Source: Escherichia coli
GTDB lineage: Bacteria > Pseudomonadota > Gammaproteobacteria > Enterobacterales > Enterobacteriaceae
Assembly (NCBI RefSeq): GCF_051903065.1
Contig: NZ_CP178438.1
Reading direction: 5' to 3' (one strand)
DNA length: 64,000 nt
Shown piece after piece: positions 13,194 to 30,528 of this stretch. Numbering within the stretch: position 1 is the stretch's first letter; each line of letters opens with the position of its first letter. Position numbers and translations under genes: made by a program. A model generated the notes under the pieces. It was not told the origin of the DNA. It saw only the letters and a program-made list of their open reading frames with translations, and made no database searches.

Positions 13194-14488
13194 AGACGCA
13201 TCCCCTTCCCTTTGCGATGTAGCATCAAAGAAACCAGAAACGCCACCACGGCCATCAAGGTCACATACCAGAAGAAGGCTGTTTCCATTCCTATTGATTT
13301 CAGCGACAACGCTACGTACTCCGCCGAACCACCAAATATAGCATTAGCGACCGCATATGACAGACCAACGCCTAATGCGCGAACCTGTGCCGGGAACATC
13401 TCAGCCTTCAGTATTCCACTGATTGATGTATAAAAACTCACTATCAGCAGGGCACACATCACCAGACCAAAAGCGGCATAAGGCGAGGAAACGTTTTGCA
13501 ATGCTGAGAGAATAGGAACGGTAAAAACGGCTGCCAGCGAACCGAAACATAACATTGAGGTACGGCGACCAATCTTATCCGACAGCGCGCCAATGAGTGG
13601 TTGAATAAGCATGAATACAAACAATGCGGCAGTCATAATGCCACTCGCCACGTTGGCATGCATTCCCGCAGTATTTACCAGATACTTCTGCATATAAGTG
13701 GTGAAGGTATAGAAACAAAGGGAGCCCGCAGCGGTAAAACCGAGAACCATGATGAATGCACGGCGATTACGCCATAATCCTTTCAGAGATCCAGCTTCTT
13801 TTAAAGCGCGCGTTTCTTGTTGCGAAGTTTCATCTAACTGACGACGTAACCACAACGCCACAACAGCTAACACAGCTCCTAACGCGAAAGGAATACGCCA
13901 TCCCCACTCTCTGAGTGCTGCGTCTTCCATGGTGTGTTGTAAAACCACGACAACCAGTAGGGCTAGCAGTTGTCCGCCGATCAACGTCACATACTGAAAT
14001 GATGCGTAAAAACCTTTGCGCCCTTCAACGGCAACTTCACTCATATAGGTGGCGCTGGTGCCATATTCTCCGCCAACGGATAATCCCTGAAATAAACGCG
14101 CGAGAAGCAATAATGCCGGAGCCCACGTACCGATTGTTTCATAACCAGGCAAACAGGCTATTACCAGTGAGCCGAAACACATCATACACACCGATAGCAG
14201 CATCGATTTTTTGCGACCATGTTTATCGGCTATGCGGCCAAATAGCCAACCGCCTATTGGGCGCATCAGGAATCCCGCAGCAAAAACACCTGCTGTTTGT
14301 AGTAGTTGAGTCGTCGTGTTCCCGGAAGGGAAGAAGATGTGGGCAAAGTAGAGTGAACAGAACGAGTAGACATAGAAATCGAACCACTCGACCAGATTAC
14401 CTGAAGAGGCCCCCACAATCGCCCAAATGCGGCGACGAGTATCACTACTTGTCAGTTTGCTGTCTGCCGTTACAGTACTTTCAGCCAT
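13190..14488 (-). CDS. kgtP: alpha-ketoglutarate:H+ symporter (MFS)
   Basis: 432 aa from ATG at 14488 ([10 protein letters not shown]...), 12-TM MFS protein. Confidence 0.93.
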
Positions 14489-14762
14489 GCCATTATGTCT
14501 CCTGCCGTAATCCGATGCTTTTGTCGGTCGCTTTTGTTTATTTTTTTTGGTAAAGGAAATGTTATACATTTGTTGCACATCATTATGCAACCTTAACCAT
14601 GAATTTAGTTAGCAGGAAAATGGTTATTGAGAAGCTTAAGGATAAATTTCTGGTAAGGAGAACACGTATGGAAGTAGGCAAGTTGGGGAAACCGTATCCG
14701 TTGCTGAATCTGGCATATGTGGGAGTATAAGACGCGCAGCGTCGCATCAGGTATTTTTTTCA

Positions 14763-14797
14763 CCAACGCAAAAAGGCCATCCGTCAGGATGGCCTTT
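14763..14797 (-). terminator. rRNA operon terminator downstream of 5S rRNA
   Basis: GC-rich hairpin (AAAGGCCATCC/GGATGGCCTTT) followed by T-run on the minus strand. Confidence 0.7.
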
Positions 14798-14808
14798 CGC
14801 TTTATTTG

Positions 14809-14928
14809 ATGCCTGGCAGTTCCCTACTCTCGCATGGGGAGACCCCACACTACCATCGGCGCTACGGCGTTTCACTTCTGAGTTCGGCATGGGGTCAGGT
14901 GGGACCACCGCGCTACGGCCGCCAGGCA
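14809..14928 (-). rRNA. rrfG: 5S ribosomal RNA
   Basis: 120 nt, reverse complement of TGCCTGGCGGCC...CTGCCAGGCAT. Confidence 0.97.
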
Positions 14929-15021
14929 AATTCTGTTTTATCAGACCGCTTCTGCGTTCTGATTTAATCTGTATCAGGCTGAAAATCTTCTCTCAATCCG
15001 CCAAAACAGCTTCGGCGTTGT

Positions 15022-17923
<2,902 letters not shown>

Positions 17924-18107
17924 TCACAACCCGAAGATGTTTCACTTCAGAGTTGCGAAAATTTGAGAGACTCACGAACAACTTTCGTTGTTCAGTGTTT
18001 CAATTTTCAGCTTGATCCAGATTTTTAAAGAGCAAATATCTCAAACATCACCCGAAGATGAGTTTTGAGATATTGAGGTCGGCGACTTTCACTCACAAAC
18101 CAGCAAG

Positions 18108-18183
18108 TGGCGTCCCCTAGGGGATTCGAACCCCTGTTACCGCCGTGAAAGGGCGGTGTCCTGGGCCTCTAGACGAAGGGGAC
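18108..18183 (-). tRNA. gltW: tRNA-Glu (UUC) in the 16S-23S spacer
   Basis: 76 nt, reverse complement of GTCCCCTTCGTCTAGAGG...GGGGACGCCA. Confidence 0.97.
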
Positions 18184-18268
18184 GTATCAGTCTGCTTCGC
18201 AAGACGCCTTGCTTTTCACTTTCTATCAGACAATCTGTGTGAGCACTGCAAAGCACAGTTCTTTAAGG

Positions 18269-19810
<1,542 letters not shown>

Positions 19811-19991
19811 AAAAGTTTGATGCTCAAAGAATTAAACTTCGTAATGAATTACGTGTTCACTCTTGAGACTTGGTATTCATTTTTCGTCTTGCGACGTTAA
19901 GAATCCGTATCTTCGAGTGCCCACACAGATTGTCTGATAAATTGTTAAAGAGCAGTGCCGCTTCGCTTTTTCTCAGCGGCGCGGGGTGTGC

Positions 19992-20019
19992 ATAATACGC
20001 TTTCCCGCTACAGAGTCAA
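19992..20019 (-). promoter_or_regulatory. rRNA operon promoter P2 (-35 TTGACT, -10 TATTAT, 16-bp spacer)
   Basis: Hexamers read on the minus strand about 180-210 bp upstream of the mature 16S 5' end. Confidence 0.6.
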
Positions 20020-20100
20020 GCATTTATTTTTGCTTTCTCTGCCGGAATTCTCAGGAGAACCCCGCTGACCCGGCGGCGTGTTTGCCGTTGTTCCGTGTCA

Positions 20101-20150
20101 GTGGTGGCGCATTATAGGGAGTTATTCCGGCCTGACAAGCGAAAAATATA
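20101..20150 (-). promoter_or_regulatory. rRNA operon promoter P1 (-35 TTGTCA, -10 TATAAT, 16-bp spacer) with A/T-rich UP element
   Basis: Consensus-like hexamers on the minus strand with an A/T tract immediately upstream. Confidence 0.65.
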
Positions 20151-20221
20151 AAAACTTTATCGCTCGCTCACTTTTCAGGCAAAACATCTTAAATATAGTC
20201 TTTTCCGTCTAACTTATAGAC

Positions 20222-20249
20222 AAAAACGAGCCCCGAAGGGCTCGTTTTA
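20222..20249 (-). terminator. clpB terminator (palindrome)
   Basis: AAAACGAGCCC-CGAA-GGGCTCGTTTT just after the clpB stop. Confidence 0.75.
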
Positions 20250-20253
20250 TCAT

Positions 20254-22827
20254 TTACTGGACGGCGACAATCCGGTCTTCATTAACTTCCAGGCGAATCA
20301 CTTTACCCGGAACCAATTCACCAGACAGTATTTGCTGTGCCAGCGGGTTTTCGATCTGCTGCTGAATTGCACGTTTCAGAGGACGTGCACCATAGACCGG
20401 ATCGTAACCGTTCTCGCTCAGTAGTTTCAGCGCCTCGTCAGAAATGTGGATTTCATAACCACGTTCTTCCAGACGTTTATACAGACGTTTCAACTGAATC
20501 TGCGCAATCGACGCAATGTGCTGTTCACCCAGCGGATGGAAGACCACCACTTCATCGATACGGTTAATGAATTCCGGACGGAAGTTATGGCTAACCACAC
20601 CGAGCACCAGCTCTTTCATGTGCGCATAATCCAGTTCACCGAAGCGTTCCTGAATCAGATCGGAACCGAGGTTAGAGGTCATAATGACAACCGTATTACG
20701 GAAGTCGACCGTTCTCCCCTGCCCGTCAGTCAGACGCCCATCATCCAGTACCTGCAACAGAATATTGAAGACATCCGGATGCGCTTTTTCCACTTCATCC
20801 AGCAGGATGACGGAATACGGACGACGACGCACAGCTTCGGTCAGGTAGCCACCTTCTTCATAACCGACATATCCCGGAGGCGCACCAACCAGACGAGACA
20901 CCGAGTGTTTCTCCATAAACTCGGACATATCGATACGGACCATCGCCTCGTCGCTATCAAACATAAAGTTCGCCAGCGCCTTACAAAGCTCTGTTTTCCC
21001 CACACCAGTTGGGCCGAGGAACAGGAATGAACCAATCGGGCGATTTGGATCCGCCAGCCCCGCACGGCTACGACGAATAGCGTTAGATACCGCATCAACC
21101 GCTTCGTTCTGACCAATTACGCGATGGTGCAGTTCTTGCTCCATACGCAGCAGTTTTTCGCGCTCGCTTTCCATCATGCGAGAAACCGGAATCCCCGTCC
21201 AACGCGCCAGCACTTCAGCAATTTCGGCGTCGGTCACTTTATTACGCAACAGACGCATAGTTTTGCCTTCGAGCTGCGTTGCGGCTTCCAGTTGCTTTTC
21301 CAGTTCCGGGATTTTGCCGTATTGCAGTTCAGACATCCGCGCCAGGTCCCCCACACGGCGAGCCTGTTCAATAGCGATTTTCGCCTGTTCCAGTTCCGCT
21401 TTAATGGTCTGCGTACCAGAAAGCGATGCCTTCTCTGCTTTCCACTCTTCTTCTAACTCGGAGTACTGACGTTCTTTGTCGCTCAGTTCTTCGTTGAGCA
21501 TATCCAGGCGTTTTTTACTGGCTTCATCAGACTCTTTCATTAACGCCTGTTGTTCCAGTTTGAGCTGGATGATACGACGATCGAGTCGGTCGAGTTCTTC
21601 TGGTTTTGAGTCAATCTGCATACGAATGCTGGATGCTGCTTCATCGATCAGGTCGATGGCTTTATCCGGCAGCTGACGGTCAGCAATGTAGCGATGAGAC
21701 AACGTCGCCGCTGCAACAATTGCCGGGTCAGTAATTTGCACATGGTGGTGCAATTCGTAACGTTCTTTCAGGCCACGCAGAATCGCAATGGTATCTTCAA
21801 CAGAAGGCTCGGCAACAAACACTTTCTGGAAACGACGTTCCAGCGCAGCATCTTTTTCGATGTACTGGCGATATTCGTCAAGCGTCGTGGCACCTACGCA
21901 GTGCAATTCACCACGCGCCAGCGCCGGTTTCAGCATGTTTCCGGCGTCCATTGCGCCATCGGCTTTACCCGCGCCGACCATGGTATGTAATTCGTCGATA
22001 AACAGGATGACGTTGCCTTCCTGTTTGGCAAGATCGTTAAGCACGCCTTTTAAACGTTCTTCAAACTCACCGCGATATTTCGCCCCAGCCACCAGCGCGC
22101 CCATATCCAGCGCCAGTACCCGGCGGCCTTTCAACCCTTCCGGCACTTCGCCGTTGATAATACGCTGCGCCAGACCTTCAACGATGGCAGTTTTACCGAC
22201 GCCGGGTTCACCAATCAGTACCGGGTTATTTTTAGTACGACGTTGCAGCACCTGAATGGTACGGCGAATTTCTTCATCACGACCAATCACCGGATCGAGT
22301 TTGCCCTGTTCGGCTCGTTCGGTAAGGTCGATGGTATATTTTTTCAAAGCCTGACGTTGGTCTTCAGCACCTTGATCGTTCACGCTTTCACCTCCACGCA
22401 TTTGTTCAATCGCTTGAGTAATGTTGGCGGTGGTCGCCCCTGCTGCTTTCAGGATGTCGGCCAGCGTGCCGCGAGACTCAAGTGCCGCCAGAACGAACAG
22501 TTCTGACGAGATAAAGTTATCACCACGTTTTTGCGCCAGCTTGTCGCAAAGATTAAGAACGCGCACCAGATCCTGTGATGGCTGGACATCACCACCAGTA
22601 CCTTCAACCTGCGGTAAACGATTTAATGCCTGATTGATATCTGTGCGCAACTGGCCAGCATTTATGCCAGCTGATGTTAACAAAGGACTAACCGAACCCC
22701 CTTCCTGATTCAGCAGGGCGCTCATTAAATGAAGTGGTTCGATGAATTGGTTGTCGTGCCCGAGTGCAAGTGATTGGGCATCGGCAAGAGCAAGCTGGAA
22801 TTTATTAGTAAGACGATCCAGACGCAT
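20254..22827 (-). CDS. clpB: ClpB disaggregase (Hsp100)
   Basis: 857 aa from ATG at 22827 ([10 protein letters not shown]...); two AAA+ modules with Walker A GEPGVGKT and GPTGVGKT. Confidence 0.96.
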
Positions 22828-22956
22828 AACTCCTCCCATAACGGATCAAAGTTGCTACTGGAGATTAAATGAGGTCATCCCTCAATTATTCAAGGTTATT
22901 GACCAGATTAATGTGAAAAGAAAATCACGCGTACCGGATCGTCTTGATTCTTTAGG

Positions 22957-23688
22957 TTATATCAGCCAAATGAAACTTGCCATACGACCGGTGGTCTTGT
23001 CGCGACGATAAGAGAAGAAAGTCTCATTTTCCGTATATGTACAACGGTCGCCGCCGAAAATTTGCTCAACACCAACGCTCGCCAGACGCTGGCGAGCAAG
23101 CTGATAAATATCCGCCAGATATTTATCACCATGCTGAATGAAAGCTGCACTCGCGTTGGCGTCTACTGCCATAAACGCCTCGCGAACCTCCGCCCCCACT
23201 TCAAACGCGCGTGGGCCAATTGCCGGCCCTAACCAGGCGAGAATATTTTCTGGATTATCAGCAAAACAGGAAACTGTCTCTTCCAGCACGCCTGCGCACA
23301 GTCCACGCCAGCCAGCATGAGCGGCGGCGACTTCCGTTCCCGCTCGATTGCAAAACAGCACAGGGAGGCAGTCGGCAGTCATCACTGCGCAAACCGTGCC
23401 GGGCGTATTGCTATAAGAGGCATCTGCTCGTTTTGAGGCATAAGGTTCGCCAGTAAGATTAAGCACATCTTTGCCGTGTACCTGCTCAAGCCAGACCGGT
23501 TTAGAAGGCAAATTGCCCGCAGCAAAAAGTCGCTTGCGATTCTCCTCAACGTGATCCGGGTTATCGCCACAATGGGCACCGAGGTTGAGCGAGTCATACG
23601 GGGGCAAGCTCACGCCGCCGATACGAGTAGAGCTACAGGCCGCAACACCTTTTGGCAGCGGCCACTGCGGGACAATCAGCTTACTCAT
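22957..23688 (-). CDS. pgeF: purine nucleoside phosphorylase / laccase-like YfiH
   Basis: 243 aa DUF152-type protein; 4-nt overlap with rluD. Confidence 0.88.
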   Translation of the reverse strand: MSKLIVPQWPLPKGVAACSSTRIGGVSLPPYDSLNLGAHCGDNPDHVEENRKRLFAAGNLPSKPVWLEQVHGKDVLNLTGEPYASKRADASYSNTPGTVCAVMTADCLPVLFCNRAGTEVAAAHAGWRGLCAGVLEETVSCFADNPENILAWLGPAIGPRAFEVGAEVREAFMAVDANASAAFIQHGDKYLADIYQLARQRLASVGVEQIFGGDRCTYTENETFFSYRRDKTTGRMASFIWLI

Positions 23689-24665
23689 AACCAGTCCACT
23701 TCATCTTTATGCTCTTCGAAATCGGCGCGCATCACCTCAATCAGCTCCACCATATCTTGTGGAATAGGCGCATGCCATTCCATTTCGATACCGGAGATCG
23801 GGTGATAAAGACGCAGCATGGTTGCATGAAGCGCCTGGCGGTCAAATTTACGCAGCGTGGAGATAAACGCTTCCGAAGCACCTTTTGGCGGACGCGGACG
23901 GCCACCATAAACCGGATCGCCCACCAGCGGATGAGTGATATGGGCCATATGCACGCGGATCTGGTGCGTACGTCCAGTTTCCAGACGCAACCGCAGACGC
24001 GTGTGCACACGGAAGTGTTCCATGATGCGATAGTGAGTCACCGCCGGTTTGCCCATCGGATGCACCGCCATGTGAGTACGTTTGGTCGGGTGGCGGCTGA
24101 TTGGTTCATCTACTGTACCGCCAGCGGTCATATGACCAATTGCCACCGCTTCATACTCACGAGTAATTTCACGCCTTTGCAAAGATTCGACTAAACGCGT
24201 CTGAGCCGGAACGGTTTTTGCCACAACCATCAGGCCAGTGGTGTCTTTATCCAGACGATGGACGATGCCTGCACGCGGTACATCAGCAATGGGCGGATAG
24301 TAATGAAGTAACGCATTCAGTACCGTGCCATCCGGGTTACCCGCGCCAGGATGTACCACCAGATCGCGCGGTTTATTAATGACGATGATATCTTCATCTT
24401 CATAGACGATATCCAGCGGGATATCCTGCGGTTCAAAACGCGCTTCTTCTTCAATCTCAGCGTTGATGGCAACCTGCTCGCCACCCAATACTTTTTCTTT
24501 CGGCTTATCACAAACTTTGCCGTTTACCAGCACGCGCTGGTCGAGGATCCATTCTTTTATTCGCGAACGTGAATAATCCGGGAACATTTCGGCCAAAGCC
24601 TGATCTAAGCGTTGTCCGAGTTGGTTTTCGGACACCGTTGCAGTGAGCTGTACTCGTTGTGCCAT
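23685..24665 (-). CDS. rluD: 23S rRNA pseudouridine synthase D
   Basis: 326 aa; S4 domain plus RluA-family catalytic motif HRLDKDTTG. Confidence 0.95.
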   Translation of the reverse strand: MAQRVQLTATVSENQLGQRLDQALAEMFPDYSRSRIKEWILDQRVLVNGKVCDKPKEKVLGGEQVAINAEIEEEARFEPQDIPLDIVYEDEDIIVINKPRDLVVHPGAGNPDGTVLNALLHYYPPIADVPRAGIVHRLDKDTTGLMVVAKTVPAQTRLVESLQRREITREYEAVAIGHMTAGGTVDEPISRHPTKRTHMAVHPMGKPAVTHYRIMEHFRVHTRLRLRLETGRTHQIRVHMAHITHPLVGDPVYGGRPRPPKGASEAFISTLRKFDRQALHATMLRLYHPISGIEMEWHAPIPQDMVELIEVMRADFEEHKDEVDWL

Positions 24666-24799
24666 ATATACTGCTTCTTCGTTTATCGTTGGGGTTTTAC
24701 GGCTTTGCCGTTTAATATAGTGTGCTATTGTAGCTGGTCTTAACCGGGAGCAGGAACAGAGAATCTCCCGTATTACATTTTGAGGAAAGTCAAAACGTC

Positions 24800-25537
24800 A
24801 TGACGCGCATGAAATATCTGGTGGCAGCCGCCACACTAAGCCTGTTTTTGGCGGGTTGCTCGGGGTCAAAGGAAGAAGTACCTGATAATCCGCCAAATGA
24901 AATTTACGCGACTGCACAACAAAAGCTGCAGGACGGTAACTGGAGACAGGCAATAACGCAACTGGAAGCGTTAGATAATCGCTATCCGTTTGGTCCGTAT
25001 TCGCAGCAGGTGCAGCTGGATCTCATCTACGCCTACTATAAAAACGCCGATTTGCCGTTAGCACAGGCTGCCATCGATCGTTTTATTCGCCTTAACCCGA
25101 CCCATCCAAATATCGATTATGTCATGTACATGCGTGGCCTGACCAATATGGCGCTGGATGACAGTGCGCTGCAAGGGTTCTTTGGCGTCGATCGTAGCGA
25201 TCGCGATCCTCAACATGCACGAGCTGCGTTTAGTGACTTTTCCAAACTGGTGCGCGGCTATCCGAACAGTCAGTACACCACCGATGCCACCAAACGTCTG
25301 GTATTCCTGAAAGATCGTCTGGCGAAATATGAATACTCCGTTGCCGAGTACTATACAGAACGTGGCGCATGGGTTGCCGTCGTTAACCGCGTAGAAGGCA
25401 TGTTGCGCGACTACCCGGATACCCAGGCTACGCGTGATGCGCTGCCGCTGATGGAAAATGCATACCGTCAGATGCAGATGAATGCGCAAGCTGAAAAAGT
25501 AGCGAAAATCATCGCCGCAAACAGCAGCAATACATAA
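24800..25537 (+). CDS. bamD: outer-membrane assembly lipoprotein BamD
   Basis: 245 aa; lipobox [11 protein letters not shown]-like repeats. Confidence 0.93.
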
Positions 25538-25753
25538 CAGAAACCTGAAACACAAAACGGCAGCCCTTGAGCTGCCGTTTTTTTATTCTGTTAGTTGTGA
25601 AACTGAAGCGATTTAGTCGCTATCGATCTCATCAAATATGGCTCGCTTTGAGATATTCCTCAAGTAAAAAAACACCTCTTCCTGCGATTTCTCACAAAAA
25701 AGATTCGTTGACAAAAAGTGACAAAATTATGAGATTTCCATCACACATTTTGA

Positions 25754-26149
<396 letters not shown>

Positions 26150-26252
26150 TCCTTTATATTGAGTGTATCGCCAACGCGCCTTCGGGCGCGTTTTTTGTTG
26201 ACAGCGTGAAAACAGTACGGGTACTGTACTAAAGTCACTTAAGGAAACAAAC

Positions 26253-26300
26253 ATGAAACACACACCGTTTTTCTTCGCATTCTTTTTTACCTTCCCCTGA
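26253..26300 (+). CDS. pheL: pheA leader peptide (Phe-rich, 15 aa)
   Basis: MKHTPFFFAFFFTFP, seven Phe codons, directly upstream of pheA. Confidence 0.9.
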   Translation: MKHTPFFFAFFFTFP

Positions 26301-26347
26301 ATGGGAGGCGTTTCGTCGTGTGAAACAGAATGCGAAGACGAACAATA

Positions 26348-26377
26348 AGGCCTCCCAAATCGGGGGGCCTTTTTTAT
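26348..26377 (+). terminator. pheA attenuator terminator
   Basis: Hairpin AGGCCTCCC...GGGGGGCCT followed by TTTTTTAT between pheL and pheA. Confidence 0.8.
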
Positions 26378-26398
26378 TGATAACAAAAAGGCAACACT

Positions 26399-27559
26399 AT
26401 GACATCGGAAAACCCGTTACTGGCGCTGCGAGAGAAAATCAGCGCGCTGGATGAAAAATTATTAGCATTACTCGCAGAGCGGCGCGAACTGGCCGTCGAG
26501 GTGGGAAAAGCCAAACTGCTCTCGCATCGCCCGGTACGTGATATTGATCGTGAACGCGATTTACTGGAAAGATTAATTACGCTCGGTAAAGCGCACCATC
26601 TGGACGCCCATTACATTACTCGCCTGTTCCAGCTCATCATTGAAGATTCCGTATTAACTCAGCAGGCTTTGCTCCAACAAAATCTCAATAAAATTAATCC
26701 GCACTCAGCACGCATCGCTTTTCTCGGCCCCAAAGGTTCTTATTCCCATCTTGCGGCGCGCCAGTATGCTGCCCGTCACTTTGAGCAATTCATTGAAAGT
26801 GGCTGCGCCAAATTTGCCGATATTTTTAATCAGGTGGAAACCGGCCAGGCCGACTATGCCGTCGTACCGATTGAAAATACCAGCTCCGGTGCCATAAATG
26901 ACGTTTACGATCTGCTGCAACATACCAGCTTGTCGATTGTTGGCGAGATGACGTTAACTATCGACCATTGTTTGTTAGTCTCCGGCACGACTGATTTATC
27001 CACCATCAATACGGTCTACAGCCATCCGCAGCCATTCCAGCAATGCAGCAAATTCCTTAATCGTTATCCGCACTGGAAGATTGAATATACCGAAAGTACG
27101 TCTGCGGCAATGGAAAAGGTTGCACAGGCAAAATCACCGCATGTTGCTGCGTTGGGAAGCGAAGCTGGCGGCACTTTGTACGGTTTGCAGGTACTGGAGC
27201 GGATTGAAGCGAATCAGCGACAAAACTTCACCCGATTTGTGGTGTTGGCGCGTAAAGCCATTAACGTGTCTGATCAGGTTCCGGCGAAAACGACGTTGTT
27301 AATGGCGACCGGGCAACAAGCCGGTGCGCTGGTTGAAGCGTTGCTGGTACTGCGCAACCACAATCTGATTATGACCCGTCTGGAATCACGCCCGATTCAC
27401 GGTAATCCATGGGAAGAGATGTTTTATCTGGATATTCAGGCCAATCTTGAATCAGCGGAAATGCAAAAAGCATTGAAAGAGTTAGGGGAAATCACCCGTT
27501 CAATGAAGGTATTGGGCTGTTACCCAAGCGAGAACGTAGTGCCTGTTGATCCAACCTGA
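26399..27559 (+). CDS. pheA: chorismate mutase / prephenate dehydratase
   Basis: 386 aa bifunctional P-protein. Confidence 0.96.
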   Translation: MTSENPLLALREKISALDEKLLALLAERRELAVEVGKAKLLSHRPVRDIDRERDLLERLITLGKAHHLDAHYITRLFQLIIEDSVLTQQALLQQNLNKINPHSARIAFLGPKGSYSHLAARQYAARHFEQFIESGCAKFADIFNQVETGQADYAVVPIENTSSGAINDVYDLLQHTSLSIVGEMTLTIDHCLLVSGTTDLSTINTVYSHPQPFQQCSKFLNRYPHWKIEYTESTSAAMEKVAQAKSPHVAALGSEAGGTLYGLQVLERIEANQRQNFTRFVVLARKAINVSDQVPAKTTLLMATGQQAGALVEALLVLRNHNLIMTRLESRPIHGNPWEEMFYLDIQANLESAEMQKALKELGEITRSMKVLGCYPSENVVPVDPT

Positions 27560-27601
27560 TGAAAAAGTGCCGGATGATGTGAATCATCCGGCACTGGATT
27601 A

Positions 27602-28723
27602 TTACTGGCGATTGTCATTCGCCTGACGCAATAACACGCGGCTTTCACTCTGAAAACGCTGTGCGTAATCGCCGAACCAGTGCTCCACCTTGCGGAAACT
27701 GTCAATAAACGCCTGCTTATCGCCCTGCTCCAGCAACTCAATCGCCTCGCCGAAACGCTTATAGTAACGTTTGATTAACGCCAGATTACGCTCTGACGAC
27801 ATAATAATGTCGGCATAAAGCTGCGGATCCTGAGCGAACAGTCGCCCGACCATCGCCAGCTCAAGGCGGTAAATCGGCGAAGAGAGCGCCAGAAGTTGCT
27901 CAAGCTGAACATTTTCTTCTGCCAGGTGCAGCCCGTAAGCAAAAGTAGCAAAGTGGCGCAGTGCCTGAATAAACGCCATATTCTGATCGTGCTCGACGGC
28001 GCTAATACGATGCAACCGAGCGCCCCAGACCTGAATTTGCTCCAGAAACCATTGGTATGCTTCCGGTTTACGTCCATCACACCAGACCACAACTTGCTTT
28101 GCCAGGCTACCGCTGTCCGGACCGAACATTGGGTGTAACCCCAGTACCGGGCCATCGTGCGCCGCCAGCATGGCCTGTAATGGTCCATTTTTCACTGATG
28201 CCAGATCAACCAGAATACAATCTTTCGGTAAAGGCGGTAATTTGCCAATAACTTGCTCAGTAACGTGGATTGGCACACTAACAATCACCATTCCGGCATC
28301 GGCAACAATATCAGCCGCTCGATCCCAGTCATGTTGCTCCAGAATCCGCACCTGATAACCCGAGAGTGTCAGCATCTTCTCGAACAGACGTCCCATCTGA
28401 CCGCCGCCGCCAACGATAACTACCGGGCGTAACGCAGGACAAAGCGTTTTAAATCCTTTGTCGTTTTCACTGGAGTAAGATTCACGCATCACCCGACGCA
28501 AAACATCCTCAATCAGATCTGGCGGTACACCCAGAGCTTCCGCCTCTGCACGACGCGAGGCCAACATAGATGCCTCTCGCTCCGGAACATAAATAGGCAG
28601 TCCAAAGCGGCTTTTCACCTCTCCCACTTCAGCAACCAGTTCCAGACGCTTCGCTAATAAATTCAGCAGCGCTTTATCGACTTCATCAATTTGATCGCGT
28701 AATGCGGTCAATTCAGCAACCAT
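27602..28723 (-). CDS. tyrA: chorismate mutase / prephenate dehydrogenase
   Basis: 373 aa T-protein; NAD-binding [10 protein letters not shown]. Confidence 0.96.
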   Translation of the reverse strand: MVAELTALRDQIDEVDKALLNLLAKRLELVAEVGEVKSRFGLPIYVPEREASMLASRRAEAEALGVPPDLIEDVLRRVMRESYSSENDKGFKTLCPALRPVVIVGGGGQMGRLFEKMLTLSGYQVRILEQHDWDRAADIVADAGMVIVSVPIHVTEQVIGKLPPLPKDCILVDLASVKNGPLQAMLAAHDGPVLGLHPMFGPDSGSLAKQVVVWCDGRKPEAYQWFLEQIQVWGARLHRISAVEHDQNMAFIQALRHFATFAYGLHLAEENVQLEQLLALSSPIYRLELAMVGRLFAQDPQLYADIIMSSERNLALIKRYYKRFGEAIELLEQGDKQAFIDSFRKVEHWFGDYAQRFQSESRVLLRQANDNRQ

Positions 28724-28733
28724 AATAAACCTC

Positions 28734-29804
28734 TTAAGCCACGCGAGCCGTCAGCTGCCCGTTCAGATCCTGATGAATTTCACGCAGCAAGGCATCGGTC
28801 ATTTCCCAGCTAATGCAGGCATCGGTTACGGATACACCGTATTTCATTTCACTGCGCGGTTGCTCGGAAGACTGATTGCCCTCGTGGATATTACTTTCGA
28901 TCATCAGACCAATAATTGAGCGATTGCCATCTTTGATTTGAGCAACCACGGATTCTGCCACCGCAGGCTGACGGCGATAATCTTTATTGGAATTACCGTG
29001 GCTGCAATCTACCATCAGAGACGGGCGCAGTCCCGCCTGTTCCATCTCTTTTTCACATTGCGCAACATCCGCAGGGCTATAGTTCGGCGCTTTACCACCG
29101 CGCAGGATGACATGTCCGTCCGGATTCCCCTGAGTTTGTAGCAACGCAACCTGCCCTGCTTGGTTAATGCCAACAAAACGGTGCGGCTGGGCGGCGGCGC
29201 GCATAGCGTTAATTGCTGTTGCCAGACTGCCGTCGGTGCCGTTTTTAAAACCAACCGGCATGGAAAGCCCGGAGGCCATTTCACGGTGAGTTTGCGATTC
29301 CGTTGTACGAGCACCAATTGCTGACCAGCTAAACAGATCGCCCAGGTATTGCGGGCTATTCGGATCTAACGCTTCCGTCGCCAGTGGCAGTCCCATATTC
29401 ACCAGCTCAAGCAGCAATTTACGCGCGATCTGCAGCCCGGCTTCTACATCAAAAGAGCCATCCATACGGGGATCGTTAATTAACCCTTTCCAGCCGACAG
29501 TGGTACGGGGTTTTTCAAAATAGACGCGCATTACCAGATAGAGGCTATCGCTGACCTCTGCGGCAAGGGCTTTAAATCGACGAGCATATTCCAGAGCAGT
29601 TTCCGGATCATGAATGGAACAAGGGCCACATACTACCAGCAGACGAGGATCGCGCCCGGCGATAATATCTGAAATGGTTTTACGCGAGTCAGCAATCTGG
29701 GCTTCTTGTTGCAGGCTTAATGGAAAAGCGGCCTTCAGTTGTGCCGGAGTCATTAAAACCTGTTCGTCGGTAATATGTACGTTATTCAGCGCGTCTTTTT
29801 GCAT
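28734..29804 (-). CDS. aroF: DAHP synthase, Tyr-sensitive
   Basis: 356 aa from ATG at 29804 ([10 protein letters not shown]...); forms aroF-tyrA operon. Confidence 0.95.
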   Translation of the reverse strand: MQKDALNNVHITDEQVLMTPAQLKAAFPLSLQQEAQIADSRKTISDIIAGRDPRLLVVCGPCSIHDPETALEYARRFKALAAEVSDSLYLVMRVYFEKPRTTVGWKGLINDPRMDGSFDVEAGLQIARKLLLELVNMGLPLATEALDPNSPQYLGDLFSWSAIGARTTESQTHREMASGLSMPVGFKNGTDGSLATAINAMRAAAQPHRFVGINQAGQVALLQTQGNPDGHVILRGGKAPNYSPADVAQCEKEMEQAGLRPSLMVDCSHGNSNKDYRRQPAVAESVVAQIKDGNRSIIGLMIESNIHEGNQSSEQPRSEMKYGVSVTDACISWEMTDALLREIHQDLNGQLTARVA

Positions 29805-29894
29805 GATGGCGATCCTGTTTATGCTCGTTTGCGATAGTTGATCCTCAGCGAGGATGACGTAACGATAACACATAAAGTAAAGTTTTCAATCCAT

Positions 29895-29970
29895 ATTTCG
29901 TACACCTTTCTTTACATAAGCAATTTATTCGCGCTTTCAATCCTTGATTCTGTATAGAAAAATTTACACC
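29895..29970 (-). promoter_or_regulatory. aroF promoter region with TyrR-box-like dyads
   Basis: TGTATA-N6-TTTACA at 29951-29968 and a weaker GTACAC-N6-TTACAT around 29899-29917, upstream of aroF. Confidence 0.55.
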
Positions 29971-30013
29971 ACCTTTGAAAACAATCCGCTATGCTTTGAA
30001 AAAGGAGAAAGAA

Positions 30014-30379
30014 ATGATGAAAAAGTTTATCGCCCCCTTGTTGGCTTTACTGGTTAGCGGATGCCAGATTGATCCTTATACTCACGCGCCAACCTTGACC
30101 AGCACCGACTGGTATGATGTTGGTATGGAAGATGCGATATCGGGCAGCGCCATAAAAGATGACGATGCATTTAGCGATTCACAGGCGGATCGCGGTCTAT
30201 ACCTTAAAGGATATGCCGAAGGACAAAAGAAAACTTGCCAGACCGATTTTACTTATGCCCGAGGACTTTCCGGTAAAAGCTTTCCTGCCAGCTGCAACAA
30301 TGTTGAAAATGCCAGCCAACTGCATGAAGTATGGCAAAAAGGGGCTGATGAAAATGCCAGCGCAATACGATTAAATTAA
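30014..30379 (+). CDS. yfiL: lipoprotein YfiL
   Basis: 121 aa from ATG at 30014; lipobox LLVSGC. Confidence 0.8.
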   Translation: MMKKFIAPLLALLVSGCQIDPYTHAPTLTSTDWYDVGMEDAISGSAIKDDDAFSDSQADRGLYLKGYAEGQKKTCQTDFTYARGLSGKSFPASCNNVENASQLHEVWQKGADENASAIRLN

Positions 30380-30528
30380 TTAAAACCCCACAAATAAATT
30401 AAACATAAGATTTTACTCATTATGTTTTATTTCTCACAATGATGACGACCGCATGAAATAATGATATTTTAATGAGCATTCTGAAAAAATATCGATGCAT
30501 TTCGAGCGAAGATGGTGGGGATCCCTGA

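Noticed and set aside
20446-22506. Multiple ORFs (up to 194 aa) on the plus strand inside clpB
   Set aside because: Antisense to clpB; low-complexity translations typical of shadow ORFs.
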